Made by a program: the position numbers and the translations under genes. The notes under the pieces were generated by a model, which ran no database searches, was not told where the DNA came from, and saw only the letters and a program-made list of their open reading frames with translations. Below are positions 17,157-26,194 of a DNA stretch of 33,688 nt, in pieces. This DNA is from Parcubacteria bacterium DG_74_1 (GTDB taxonomy: Bacteria; Patescibacteriota; Minisyncoccia; Minisyncoccales; DG-74-1), in the NCBI GenBank assembly GCA_001303125.1, contig LJNE01000004.1, positions 1 through 33,688 of the forward strand. Direction: 5' to 3'. How positions within the stretch are numbered: the stretch's first letter is position 1; every line of letters begins with the position of its first letter.

Positions 17157-17196
17157 AAAACCGAGTTTAGGATTTACCTTGACCCGGTTTTGTTTT
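17157..17196 (+). terminator. Intrinsic terminator after the Zn-ribbon gene
   Basis: AAAACCGAGTTTAGG-ATTTA-CCTTGACCCGGTTTT followed by GTTTT. Confidence 0.6.
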
Positions 17197-17322
17197 CGAG
17201 TATTCTTGCTTATCAAGAGGTCTTGGACACTTTAGAGAAATATGATATAACTGTTTTGAGAACCGATAGAGAGACGGAGATATTAAAATTATAAGCGATG
17301 GTAAAAATTTAAAAATTATATT

Positions 17323-18408
17323 ATGAAATTTCCAATTTTCAAAACCAAAACAAAAGGAGTAACAAAGAAATTCAATTTAGCCGACCCGAAAGAGAGAGCG
17401 GCTTATTTTCAATCAAAGGCCGGGCTGGAAATTGCTAAATTGAGGAAATATTTAAGAAGAAATACTTTCATTGCTTATTTTCTAGGAAAGAAAAATTCCG
17501 GCAAGGGAACTTATACAAAAATGCTTGCCGAGATACTTGCTCCGGAGAAGATATCGCACTTTTCAATTGGCGATATGATCAGAGAAGTGGATGAAGAACT
17601 TAGGAATAAAAAAAGAAAAAGAGAATTATATTCCTTTTTGGAAAGAAATTATCGGGGCTGGCTCCCCTTTAAAAGAGTATTTTCTGCCTTAGAAAAGAGA
17701 AGCACGAAAACTCTTTTGCCGAGCGAGTTAATTTTAGCTCTGGTAAAAAGGGAAATATTTAGAAGAAAAAAGAAAACTCTTTTTATTGACGGTTTTCCTA
17801 GAGACCTAGATCAGGTTTCTTATTCTTTATTCTTTCGGGATTTGATTGGCTATCGAGAAGACCTAGACATTTTTGTTTTAATTGACGTTCCCGAAAGTGT
17901 CATTGATGAAAGAATTAAATGGCGAAGAGTCTGTCCTAGATGTCAGACCTCAAGAAATTTTAAATTACTTCCCACTTCAAAGATAGATTACGATAGGAGA
18001 AAAAAAGAGTTTTATTTAGTTTGCGATAATCCAAGTTGTCCGGCCTACCTGTCGGGTAGACAGGGAGTAAGAATGATTGCCAAAGAAGGAGACGAATTAG
18101 GAATAGCACCGATAAAAGAAAGATTAAAATTAGATGAGAAATTAATAAGACAGGCCTTTTCTCTGTACGGAATTCCCAAAATATTTTTAAGAAATTCTTT
18201 ACCCGTAAAGATTGCTAAAAAATTCGTTGATGATTACGAAATTACTCCCGAATATAACTATCAATGGGACAAAGAAGAAAACGAAGTAAGGATCATTGAA
18301 AAACCATGGATTATTCGGGACGATGAAGGAGTCCCATCCTATAGTTTATTAGCGGCGCCGGTAACAGTTTCCTTAATAAAACAAATGGCAGATGTTTTAG
18401 AGCTTTGA
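17323..18408 (+). CDS. Atypical long adenylate/nucleoside monophosphate kinase
   Basis: GKKNSGKGT P-loop, HFSIGDMIR, IDGFPR, LID RRVCPRC...CDNPSC; N- and C-terminal extensions. Confidence 0.8.
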   Translation: MKFPIFKTKTKGVTKKFNLADPKERAAYFQSKAGLEIAKLRKYLRRNTFIAYFLGKKNSGKGTYTKMLAEILAPEKISHFSIGDMIREVDEELRNKKRKRELYSFLERNYRGWLPFKRVFSALEKRSTKTLLPSELILALVKREIFRRKKKTLFIDGFPRDLDQVSYSLFFRDLIGYREDLDIFVLIDVPESVIDERIKWRRVCPRCQTSRNFKLLPTSKIDYDRRKKEFYLVCDNPSCPAYLSGRQGVRMIAKEGDELGIAPIKERLKLDEKLIRQAFSLYGIPKIFLRNSLPVKIAKKFVDDYEITPEYNYQWDKEENEVRIIEKPWIIRDDEGVPSYSLLAAPVTVSLIKQMADVLEL

Positions 18409-18409
18409 C

Positions 18410-18439
18410 TTGACTAATAGTTTGACTGAGAGGTAGAAT
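18410..18439 (+). promoter_or_regulatory. Promoter of the downstream ncRNA
   Basis: TTGACT (18410-18415), 18 nt spacer, TAGAAT (18434-18439). Confidence 0.55.
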
Positions 18440-18445
18440 AAAATT

Positions 18446-18583
18446 AGCCTTGTGTCTTCTAGCTAGATTCTGGTCAAACGTTCTTTTCGGGAGTCGGATA
18501 TGTTCTCCTTCTATCGGAAGAAGACTTGGACGCCCACTTAATAATTTTCCGGATTACGAACCTTCTAGAAGAAACACAGGGCA
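18446..18583 (+). ncRNA. ssrS: Probable 6S RNA (short)
   Basis: Closing stem GCCTTGTGTCTTCTAG / CTAGAAGAAACACAGGGC, inner GGGAGTC / GACGCCCAC helix resembling the 6S consensus, apical hairpin; own promoter and terminator; no ORF. Confidence 0.55.
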
Positions 18584-18584
18584 T

Positions 18585-18614
18585 CAAAAAACGTCCCTGG
18601 TCAGGGCGTTTTTT
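18585..18614. terminator. Bidirectional intrinsic terminator between the ncRNA and rpmB-tRNA
   Basis: AAAAAACGTCCCTG-GT-CAGGGCGTTTTTT. Confidence 0.75.
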
Positions 18615-18687
18615 GAATGATTGAAAAGTAAGTTCTTATATTTTAAAGATAGACAGTTAATAGAAGGTAATTTTTAGAGAGAAATTT

Positions 18688-18758
18688 TCGGGCCAGGGCG
18701 AATCGAACGCCCGCTTTACCCACCCCAAGGGCATGGACTACCATTATCCTATGGCCCG
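18688..18758 (-). tRNA. tRNA-Pro(GGG), CCA not encoded
   Basis: Reverse strand folds as CGGGCCA/TGGCCCG acceptor, GGAT/GTCC D-arm, TGCCC-TTGGGGT-GGGTA anticodon arm, GGGCG-TTCGATT-CGCCC T-arm, A73. Confidence 0.95.
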
Positions 18759-18768
18759 TAACCGAAGA

Positions 18769-18990
18769 TTATTTTTTCTTGGCTAGTGTTTTAATACATT
18801 TGGCGCAGGCCAAGATTCGTTTTCCAGCGAATTTTTTATAGGCCGGCTTTTTAACATCCGAAGGAATCTTTACCCATTGTAAGTTGGGATATTTTCTTTT
18901 TTTGATGGTTGGGTTATATTTTCCTCGGAGTTTTTTCAATCTCCAGACCATCGTGCCCCTCTTTTTGCAAATTTGACATTCTTTTGCCAT
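18769..18990 (-). CDS. rpmB: 50S ribosomal protein L28 (Cys-containing form)
   Basis: MAKECQICKK...KRKYPNLQ...CAKCIKT. Confidence 0.9.
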   Translation of the reverse strand: MAKECQICKKRGTMVWRLKKLRGKYNPTIKKRKYPNLQWVKIPSDVKKPAYKKFAGKRILACAKCIKTLAKKK

Positions 18991-19095
18991 ATAATCTAAT
19001 GTTAAAATTTTTTTAAAAAATTTACAATATATGTTATACTGATAACGTCCTGTGTTGGAAAAGATGAGGGTAGTGACTGATTTTATATTATTGTT

Positions 19096-19716
19096 ATGGA
19101 ATATATTTTTTTAATTGCCATTTTAATTTTTTCTGTAGTTATTCACGAAGTTTCTCATGGAGCAGTAGCCAACTATTTAGGCGATCCGACTGCCAAATAC
19201 GCCGGCCGCCTGACTTTAAATCCAATCAAACACTTAGATCCGATTGGTTCTGTTTTGGTGCCACTATTTTTAGTTTTGATGAAAAGTCCATTCTTGATTG
19301 GTTGGGCAAAGCCGGTGCCGGTGAATCCTTATAATTTTAATGATCAAAAATACGGTTCAGCCAAAGTAGCCTTGGCTGGTCCAGGAGCAAATCTGGCAGT
19401 CGCTTTATTTTTTGGCTTAACTTTAAGGTTTTTCCCAGGGATTGCTGTTACGCCTAGCCTTGTTTTAATCTTCAGCTACATTGTCTTCATAAATATTCTT
19501 TTAGCCATATTTAATTTACTACCAGTTCCTCCCCTGGACGGTTCCCATATTCTCTTTACCTTTTTGCCCCCACGTTTTGAAAGGTTCAAAATATTTTTGG
19601 GGCAATTCGGCATCTTTGTTTTACTTTTTCTTATTTTCTTTTTATTCCGTTACTTATTTTTGATTATCAACCTGATTTTTTATCTCATTGTCGGATACCC
19701 TTTCCCTGCTTTTTAA
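19096..19716 (+). CDS. Site-2 protease (peptidase M50)
   Basis: HEVSHG, GRLTLNP, AGPGAN, FNLLPVPPLDG. Confidence 0.95.
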   Translation: MEYIFLIAILIFSVVIHEVSHGAVANYLGDPTAKYAGRLTLNPIKHLDPIGSVLVPLFLVLMKSPFLIGWAKPVPVNPYNFNDQKYGSAKVALAGPGANLAVALFFGLTLRFFPGIAVTPSLVLIFSYIVFINILLAIFNLLPVPPLDGSHILFTFLPPRFERFKIFLGQFGIFVLLFLIFFLFRYLFLIINLIFYLIVGYPFPAF

Positions 19717-19719
19717 GTG

Positions 19720-19748
19720 TTGACTATTAAACTTAATCCTGTTAAAGT
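19720..19748 (+). promoter_or_regulatory. str operon promoter
   Basis: TTGACT, 17 nt spacer, TGn-extended TAAAGT ending 10 nt before the rpsL ATG. Confidence 0.6.
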
Positions 19749-19758
19749 TCAATTTATT

Positions 19759-20169
19759 ATGCCGACTATTAGACAACTAATAAGAAAAAGAAGGAAGAGG
19801 ATAAAAAAACGCGGCAAGACGCCGGCCTTAGGAGCTGGCTTTAATGTTTTGAAAAATCAGCCCAGAAAGTATCCTTCTCCATTTAAAAGAGGGGTTTGTC
19901 TTAAAGTTTTTACTGTTACTCCAAAAAAACCAAACTCAGCCATGAGAAAAGTGGCCAGAGTGAGATTGTCCAGCGGCCAAGAAGTGACCGCATATATTCC
20001 CGGGGAAGGTCATAATTTACAGGAGCATTCAATTGTTTTAATTCGCGGAGGAAGAGTCAAAGATTTGCCAGGGGTAAGATACCATATTGTCAGAGGAATA
20101 TTAGATACTGGCGGAGTGGAAGGAAGAAAACAGGAAAGAAGTAAATACGGAACGAAGCGTGAGAAATAA
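19759..20169 (+). CDS. rpsL: 30S ribosomal protein S12
   Basis: MPTIRQL start at 19759, [20 protein letters not shown]. Confidence 0.98.
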   Translation: MPTIRQLIRKRRKRIKKRGKTPALGAGFNVLKNQPRKYPSPFKRGVCLKVFTVTPKKPNSAMRKVARVRLSSGQEVTAYIPGEGHNLQEHSIVLIRGGRVKDLPGVRYHIVRGILDTGGVEGRKQERSKYGTKREK

Positions 20170-20170
20170 T

Positions 20171-20638
20171 ATGAGAAGCACAAAGAAAACCAAAAGAGAA
20201 ATAACTCCTGACCCTGTTTATAGCAGCGTTACCGTTGCCAAATTTATTAATCAGGTGATGCGCCGAGGGAAGAAAAGTATTGCCCAAAAAATTGTTTACG
20301 GGAGTTTTGATATTATAAAAGAAAAGACAAAAAAAGAACCCTTGGAGATTTTTAATTCAGCCCTCAGCAATGTTAGACCTTTATTAGAAGTAAAACCGAA
20401 AAGAATTGGCGGAGCGACTTATCAAGTACCGAGACAGGTACCTGATGAAAGAGGAGAGACACTGGCTATCCGTTGGATAATTCGAGCAGCGACATTTAAA
20501 AAAGGAAAATCAATGAAAGAAAAATTAGCTGGAGAATTAATCGAAGCGGCAAATAATACAGGAGTCGCTGTCAAGAAGAAAGAAGATACTCATCGAATGG
20601 CCGAAGCCAACAGAGCTTTTGCTCATTTCGCCTGGTAA
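20171..20638 (+). CDS. rpsG: 30S ribosomal protein S7
   Basis: [28 protein letters not shown]. Confidence 0.98.
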   Translation: MRSTKKTKREITPDPVYSSVTVAKFINQVMRRGKKSIAQKIVYGSFDIIKEKTKKEPLEIFNSALSNVRPLLEVKPKRIGGATYQVPRQVPDERGETLAIRWIIRAATFKKGKSMKEKLAGELIEAANNTGVAVKKKEDTHRMAEANRAFAHFAW

Positions 20639-20676
20639 ACCCTGTTGAATTTAGTTTAACGACTATTTAACAGGGT
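20639..20676. repeat. Short palindromic element (ACCCTGTTGAAT...ATTTAACAGGGT)
   Basis: 12-bp inverted repeat with one GU pair; fills the rpsG-fusA spacer. Confidence 0.65.
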
Positions 20677-20683
20677 AAATTTT

Positions 20684-22798
20684 ATGCCCAGACAATATCC
20701 AATTGAAAAATATCGCGACATAGGCATTATTGCCCATATTGACGCCGGTAAAACTACTGCTACCGAGCGAATTTTGTTTTATGCCGGAATTTCCCATCGC
20801 ATTGGCGAGATTGATTTGGGAAACACTATTATGGACTGGATGGCCCAGGAAAGAGAAAGAGGGATTACTATTACTTCAGCTGCCACCACTTGTTTTTGGA
20901 CACCACTGGAAGCTAAAAGCCGTGAGCGGGGCAATCCATCCGAAATACGCATTAACATTATTGACACTCCCGGTCACATTGATTTTACGGCTGAAGTACA
21001 AAGATCATTAAGGGTTTTGGATGGAGCGGTGGTAATTTTTGATGGTGTGGCCGGAGTAGAACCTCAGTCAGAAACAGTTTGGCGGCAGGCGGATAAATTT
21101 AATGTTCCGAGAATTTGTTTTATTAATAAAATGGATAGAATGGGAGCCGATTTTTATAAAAGCCTAGAGTCTATCTGGCAGAAATTATCACCCAATGCAG
21201 TAGCTATGCAGATTCCCATTGGCGCAGAAAGTGCCTTTGAGGGTGTAGTTGACTTATTAAAGATGAAAACCCTTAAGTTTAAAGGAGATCATGGTGAAGA
21301 AGTAATAGAAGAAGATATTCCAGAAGATTTACTAGAGAAAGCCAAAGAATGGAGAGAAAAATTAGTTGAGAAAATTGTCGCTGAAGACGAAAAGACCCTA
21401 GAAAGATATTTAGCTCAGGAAGAAATTTCTATTGAGGAACTAAGAAATAGTTTAAGAAAGGCAACCATTAATTACCGGTTGATCCCCGTTTTTACTGGAT
21501 CGGCTTTAAAGAACAAAGGAATTCAGCCAGTCTTAGACGCTATTTGTTATTATTTACCAAACCCTACAGAACTTCCGTCAGTTAAAGGAATTGACCCCAA
21601 AACCGGAAAAGAGGCCGAGAGAAAACCAGCGGACGTAGAGCCCTTTTCGGCTTTGGCTTTTAAGGTTGCCACTGATCCTTACGTTGGAACATTAACTTAT
21701 TTCCGGGTTTATTCTGGAAATTTGAAACGGGGCGTCTACCTATTAAATACTACCAGTCAAGAAAAAGAAAGAATTGGTCGAATTTTGAGGATGCATGCCA
21801 ATTCTAGAGAGGAGGTGGAAGAAATTTTTGCTGGAGACATCGTCGCTACTGTAGGATTAAAAGCTACTTCCACCGGCCACACCCTTTGCGACCCGATGCA
21901 CCCCATTGTTTTAGAAAAAATTATTTTTCCCGAGCCGGTCATCGGTATTCGCATCGAGCCGAAAACCAAGGCTGACCAGGAAAAGATGAGTTTAGCATTA
22001 AAGAGGCTAGCCGAAGAAGATCCGACTTTTCAAATCAAAGGAGACCCGGAAACTGGTGAAACTATTATCTCTGGTATGGGCGAGCTGCATTTAGAAATTA
22101 TTGTTGATCGAATGAAAAGAGAATTTAATGTAGAAGGGAACGTCGGTCGGCCTCAGGTGGCCTATAAAGAAACGATTAAAGAAATGGCGGAAGCGGAAGG
22201 GAAATATGTTAGACAGACTGGCGGCCGCGGTCAATATGGCCACGTTTGGCTAAGAGTAGAACCAAAACAGAGAGGAGAAGGTTTTGATTTTATTGATGAA
22301 ATCAAAGGCGGGATTATTCCTCAGGAATTTATTCCGGCTGTGGAGAAAGGAATTAAAGAAGCTCTGGACAAAGGAATCTTAGCTGGCTATCCTCTGGTAG
22401 ATCTTAGCTGCGCCTTATATGACGGCTCCTTCCATGAGGTTGATTCCTCGGAATTGGCTTTTAAAATTGCTGGCAGTATGGCTCTTCAAGCAGCTGCTAA
22501 AAGAGCCAAGCCGGTTTTATTAGAACCGATAATGAGGTTAGAAGTTATTTCGCCCCAAGATTTTTTTGGCGATGTTATCGGGGATTTATCTGCTCGACGG
22601 GGGAGAATTGAAGAAACGAAAGACAGATTAAACCTAAAAGTGATTGATGCTAAGGTTCCTCTAGCTGAGATGTTTGGCTACGCTACTTCTTTAAGATCGT
22701 TGACAGAAGGAAGAGGAACTTTTACAATGGAATTTGATCGGTATGAAGTGGTTCCTAATAATATAATGCAAGAAATTATTGACGGCAAAAGACGATAA
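20684..22798 (+). CDS. fusA: Elongation factor G
   Basis: [30 protein letters not shown]. Confidence 0.99.
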   Translation: MPRQYPIEKYRDIGIIAHIDAGKTTATERILFYAGISHRIGEIDLGNTIMDWMAQERERGITITSAATTCFWTPLEAKSRERGNPSEIRINIIDTPGHIDFTAEVQRSLRVLDGAVVIFDGVAGVEPQSETVWRQADKFNVPRICFINKMDRMGADFYKSLESIWQKLSPNAVAMQIPIGAESAFEGVVDLLKMKTLKFKGDHGEEVIEEDIPEDLLEKAKEWREKLVEKIVAEDEKTLERYLAQEEISIEELRNSLRKATINYRLIPVFTGSALKNKGIQPVLDAICYYLPNPTELPSVKGIDPKTGKEAERKPADVEPFSALAFKVATDPYVGTLTYFRVYSGNLKRGVYLLNTTSQEKERIGRILRMHANSREEVEEIFAGDIVATVGLKATSTGHTLCDPMHPIVLEKIIFPEPVIGIRIEPKTKADQEKMSLALKRLAEEDPTFQIKGDPETGETIISGMGELHLEIIVDRMKREFNVEGNVGRPQVAYKETIKEMAEAEGKYVRQTGGRGQYGHVWLRVEPKQRGEGFDFIDEIKGGIIPQEFIPAVEKGIKEALDKGILAGYPLVDLSCALYDGSFHEVDSSELAFKIAGSMALQAAAKRAKPVLLEPIMRLEVISPQDFFGDVIGDLSARRGRIEETKDRLNLKVIDAKVPLAEMFGYATSLRSLTEGRGTFTMEFDRYEVVPNNIMQEIIDGKRR

Positions 22799-22845
22799 TT
22801 ATTCACAATTTAACTATTGACCAAGCACTTAATCTTTGTTATAAA
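22799..22845 (+). promoter_or_regulatory. Internal tuf promoter preceded by a DnaA-box-like 9-mer
   Basis: TTATTCACA (22799-22807); TTGACC (22817), 17 nt spacer, TGn-TATAAA (22840); second candidate TTGACT-16-TAAAAT at 22896-22923. Confidence 0.5.
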
Positions 22846-23027
22846 TTACCTAAGTCTACTTACCGACCAGAAATAAAATTAGATTAAGTGTTCAGTTGAC
22901 TATTTTAAAAAGGTTAATAAAATAATAATATAATTAACGTAATTAAGTAACTAGTGATCGGTAACCAGTAATAAACAAATGTTAATAATTACTGGTTATG
23001 GTTTATCCGTTACTTGTTAATAAATTT

Positions 23028-24227
23028 ATGGCAGAGAAAGAAAAATTTGTTAGAGGAAAGCCTCACGTTAATATTGGTACCATTGGCCATGTCGCTCATG
23101 GAAAAACCACCTTAACTGCGGCTATTACTCATATTTTAAAATTAAAAGGATTGGCTGCCAAAGAATGGACAGTCGATGAAATCAATGCCGCTCCCGAAGA
23201 GAAAGCCAGAGGGTTAACTATTACTATTACTCACGTGGAATATGAGACTGATAAACGCCACTACGCCCATATTGATTGCCCCGGCCACGCCGATTATGTC
23301 AAAAATATGATTACGGGAGCTGCTCAAATGGATGGGGGTGTTTTAGTTGTTTCAGCTTCCGACGGTCCGATGCCGCAAACAAGAGAACATATTCTTTTAG
23401 CCAGACAAGTTGGCTTACCTGCTTTAGTAATATTTTTGAATAAATGCGATGCGGTAGATGATCCGGAAATGATTAATCTGGTAGAGTCAGAATTGAGAGA
23501 ACTTCTGAAAAAATATAATTTTCCCGGGGATGAGATTCCAATTATTCGGGGTTCAGCCCTGAAAGCCTTGGAGACAAAATCAGTTGACGAAGAGGCGGCC
23601 AAGCCAATTTTGGATTTAATAAAAGCAATTGATGATTATATTCCAGAACCTAAGAGAGAAATAGATAAGCCGTTTTTAATGGCGATTGAAGACGTTTTCT
23701 CAATTGCCGGCCGAGGAACAGTGGCCACAGGAAGAATTGAGAGAGGAGTAATTCATCAAAATGAAGAAGTGGAAATAGTAGGAATTAGACCAACAGCTAA
23801 AAGTGTGGCTGTTTCAGTTGAGATGTTCAGAAAAGTATTAGATGAAGGAAGGGCTGGAGATAATGTAGGGATTCTCTTACGAGGGTTAGAGAAAGAAGAT
23901 GTTGAGAGGGGCCAGGTTTTGGCAAAACCGGGTAGCATTACGCCCCACACTGAATTTGAAGGAGAGGTTTATGTTTTGACCAAAGAAGAAGGTGGAAGGC
24001 ACACTCCTTTCTTTGCCGGCTACAAACCCCAATTTTATTTCAGAACTACCGATATTACTGGAGATGTTACTCTGCCAGAAGGGACGGAAATGGTTATGCC
24101 GGGCGACACCATTAATTTAATAATTAAATTAATTGCGCCGATCGCCCTTGAAGAAAAACAAAGATTTGCTATTCGAGAGGGTGGGAAAACCGTAGGGGCA
24201 GGAGTGGTTACTAAAATAATTAAATAG
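23028..24227 (+). CDS. tuf: Elongation factor Tu (variant P-loop)
   Basis: [42 protein letters not shown]; start MAEKEKF at 23028. Confidence 0.98.
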   Translation: MAEKEKFVRGKPHVNIGTIGHVAHGKTTLTAAITHILKLKGLAAKEWTVDEINAAPEEKARGLTITITHVEYETDKRHYAHIDCPGHADYVKNMITGAAQMDGGVLVVSASDGPMPQTREHILLARQVGLPALVIFLNKCDAVDDPEMINLVESELRELLKKYNFPGDEIPIIRGSALKALETKSVDEEAAKPILDLIKAIDDYIPEPKREIDKPFLMAIEDVFSIAGRGTVATGRIERGVIHQNEEVEIVGIRPTAKSVAVSVEMFRKVLDEGRAGDNVGILLRGLEKEDVERGQVLAKPGSITPHTEFEGEVYVLTKEEGGRHTPFFAGYKPQFYFRTTDITGDVTLPEGTEMVMPGDTINLIIKLIAPIALEEKQRFAIREGGKTVGAGVVTKIIK

Positions 24228-24332
24228 CTCTCACAAATAGGAAACGGATTCAGAAGCGAACAAAAAGATAATTGATTAGTTTATTATCCGCTAAATATCC
24301 ACTTATAATTAGTGAAAGTTCTTTTGAAGAAG

Positions 24333-24674
24333 ATGGCCAAAAAGAAGGCAACAGTAATCAAAGAGGAAATTAAACCCAAGATCCGGATTAAATTACGGGC
24401 CTATGACAATAAGGTGATTGATAATTCGGCTAAACAAATTATTGAGGTAGCCGGTCGTTATGGAGTCGAGGTTTCTGGTCCGGTTCCTTTGCCTACCGAG
24501 ATTCATAAATACACCGTCAATCGTTCTTCTTTCGTACACAAAGATAGCCGGGAGCAATTTGAAACGAGAGTTCACAAAAGGCTAATTGATATCATTAGCC
24601 CAACTCCAAAAGTAATTGATGCTTTAATGAGCCTGACTCTGCCAGCCGGAGTGGATATTGAAATCAAAATGTGA
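24333..24674 (+). CDS. rpsJ: 30S ribosomal protein S10
   Basis: [33 protein letters not shown]. Confidence 0.98.
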   Translation: MAKKKATVIKEEIKPKIRIKLRAYDNKVIDNSAKQIIEVAGRYGVEVSGPVPLPTEIHKYTVNRSSFVHKDSREQFETRVHKRLIDIISPTPKVIDALMSLTLPAGVDIEIKM

Positions 24675-24723
24675 TTTGTCAAGACCAATAAACACGGATA
24701 ATAACGCAGAAAGACACACGAGA

Positions 24724-24752
24724 TTTACAAAAATAAATTTTCGCTGTATAAT
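24724..24752 (+). promoter_or_regulatory. Promoter between rpsJ and rplC
   Basis: TTTACA, 17 nt spacer, TATAAT. Confidence 0.6.
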
Positions 24753-24867
24753 TTAAATGGTTAAAGTTAATGAATTTAAAATTTAATTTTTAATAAAAAA
24801 ATAACCATGGTAGATTGCCGGGTTATTACCCGGTTTTCTGTTATTCGTGTTGCTAGTTCTTATAAAT

Positions 24868-25500
24868 ATGAAGTTTATTCTTGGTCTGAAATCAGGCATG
24901 TCTCAAATTTTTGATGAAGAGGGGAATGTTATCCCGGTGACTTTGGTTGAGGCCGGCCCCTGTATTATTACCCAGATTAAAACCGAAGAGCCCCGAAGTA
25001 TCGCCAAAGGTAAATTGCCAGATAAGAAAGATAGCTATGAAGCAATTCAAATTGGATTTCAGAATTTAAAGAAGAAAAAAACAAAAAAAACACAAAAAGA
25101 TAAGCCATTCAGGCATCTAAGGGAATTTAGGGGCGATATAGACATTTCAAAATACAAAGAAGGAGATAAGATTGATGTTTCAATTTTTCAAGAAGGAGAT
25201 ATGGTTAAGGTTACTGGACTCTCCAAGGGCAAAGGTTTTGCCGGAGTGGTAAAAAGATGGCACTTTACCGGTCGACCAGCCACCCACGGAACAAAACATG
25301 AATTGAGAACCCCGGGTTCGGTTGGCTCTTCTTTTCCCGAAAGAGTAATTAAGGGTAAAAAAATGGCCGGTAGAATGGGTCATGAAAGAAGAACAATTAA
25401 AAACTTAAAAATAATAAAAGTTGACCCAGAGAAAAATCTAATCGCTGTTCAGGGTGCAGTGCCCGGAGTAAAAGGCGCTCTTCTTGAGATTCGAGGTTAA
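24868..25500 (+). CDS. rplC: 50S ribosomal protein L3
   Basis: G-x-K-x-GMSQ, PVT, SKGKGFAG, GKKMAGRMG, GAVPG. Confidence 0.98.
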   Translation: MKFILGLKSGMSQIFDEEGNVIPVTLVEAGPCIITQIKTEEPRSIAKGKLPDKKDSYEAIQIGFQNLKKKKTKKTQKDKPFRHLREFRGDIDISKYKEGDKIDVSIFQEGDMVKVTGLSKGKGFAGVVKRWHFTGRPATHGTKHELRTPGSVGSSFPERVIKGKKMAGRMGHERRTIKNLKIIKVDPEKNLIAVQGAVPGVKGALLEIRG

Positions 25501-25519
25501 CCATAAAATTTTGAAAATT

Positions 25520-26167
25520 GTGAAAACGATACTTTATAATCAGAGAGGCGAGGAGGTGGGAACAACTTTATTACCAAGAGAGATTTTTGATGTAGAAATA
25601 AATCCTGATTTAATACATCAGGTGATAGTTTCGCAGATGGCAAACCGGAGAAAAGTTGTTGCCCATACCAAGAATAGAGGAGAAGTTAGGGGTGGGGGAA
25701 GAAAGCCTTGGCGGCAGAAAGGAACAGGTAGAGCCAGACACGGTTCAATTCGTTCGCCTCTCTGGCGAGGAGGAGGAGTAACCTTCGGCCCAAGAAAAGA
25801 AAGAGTTTTCAAGAAAAAAATTCCGAAGAAAATGAAAAGAAAAGCCCTCTTTATGGTTTTATCGAGTAAATTTAAGAATAAGCTGCTGATCGTTTTAGAT
25901 GAATTGAAATTAGAAAAAGCCAAGACTAAGTTTTTAGTTAAATTATTCGAAAACTTGAAAACAAAAATTAAAAACTTTAAGGGAGATAATGCCTTGGTTG
26001 CCTTACCGGGTTATGATAAAAATATAATTTTGGCGGCCAGAAACTTTTCTAAAATCGATACACTCTGGGCCCGAGATCTTAATGCTCTAGATGTTCTTTC
26101 TTCTAAATATTTAATTCTCCCTAAAGATTCAATAAAAGTAATAAAAGATACTTTTACCAAAAGATAA
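25520..26167 (+). CDS. rplD: 50S ribosomal protein L4 (GTG start inferred)
   Basis: RKPWRQKGTGRARHGS, WRGGG-x-x-FGP. Confidence 0.97.
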   Translation: MKTILYNQRGEEVGTTLLPREIFDVEINPDLIHQVIVSQMANRRKVVAHTKNRGEVRGGGRKPWRQKGTGRARHGSIRSPLWRGGGVTFGPRKERVFKKKIPKKMKRKALFMVLSSKFKNKLLIVLDELKLEKAKTKFLVKLFENLKTKIKNFKGDNALVALPGYDKNIILAARNFSKIDTLWARDLNALDVLSSKYLILPKDSIKVIKDTFTKR

Positions 26168-26194
26168 TAAATTTAACAATAAGTTCATACTTAT

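Noticed and set aside
20899-20945. EF-G insertion [15 protein letters not shown] as a decayed copy of the CCCCGTTAGA repeat
   Set aside because: The similarity and pairing are too weak, and this EF-G loop is naturally variable in length.
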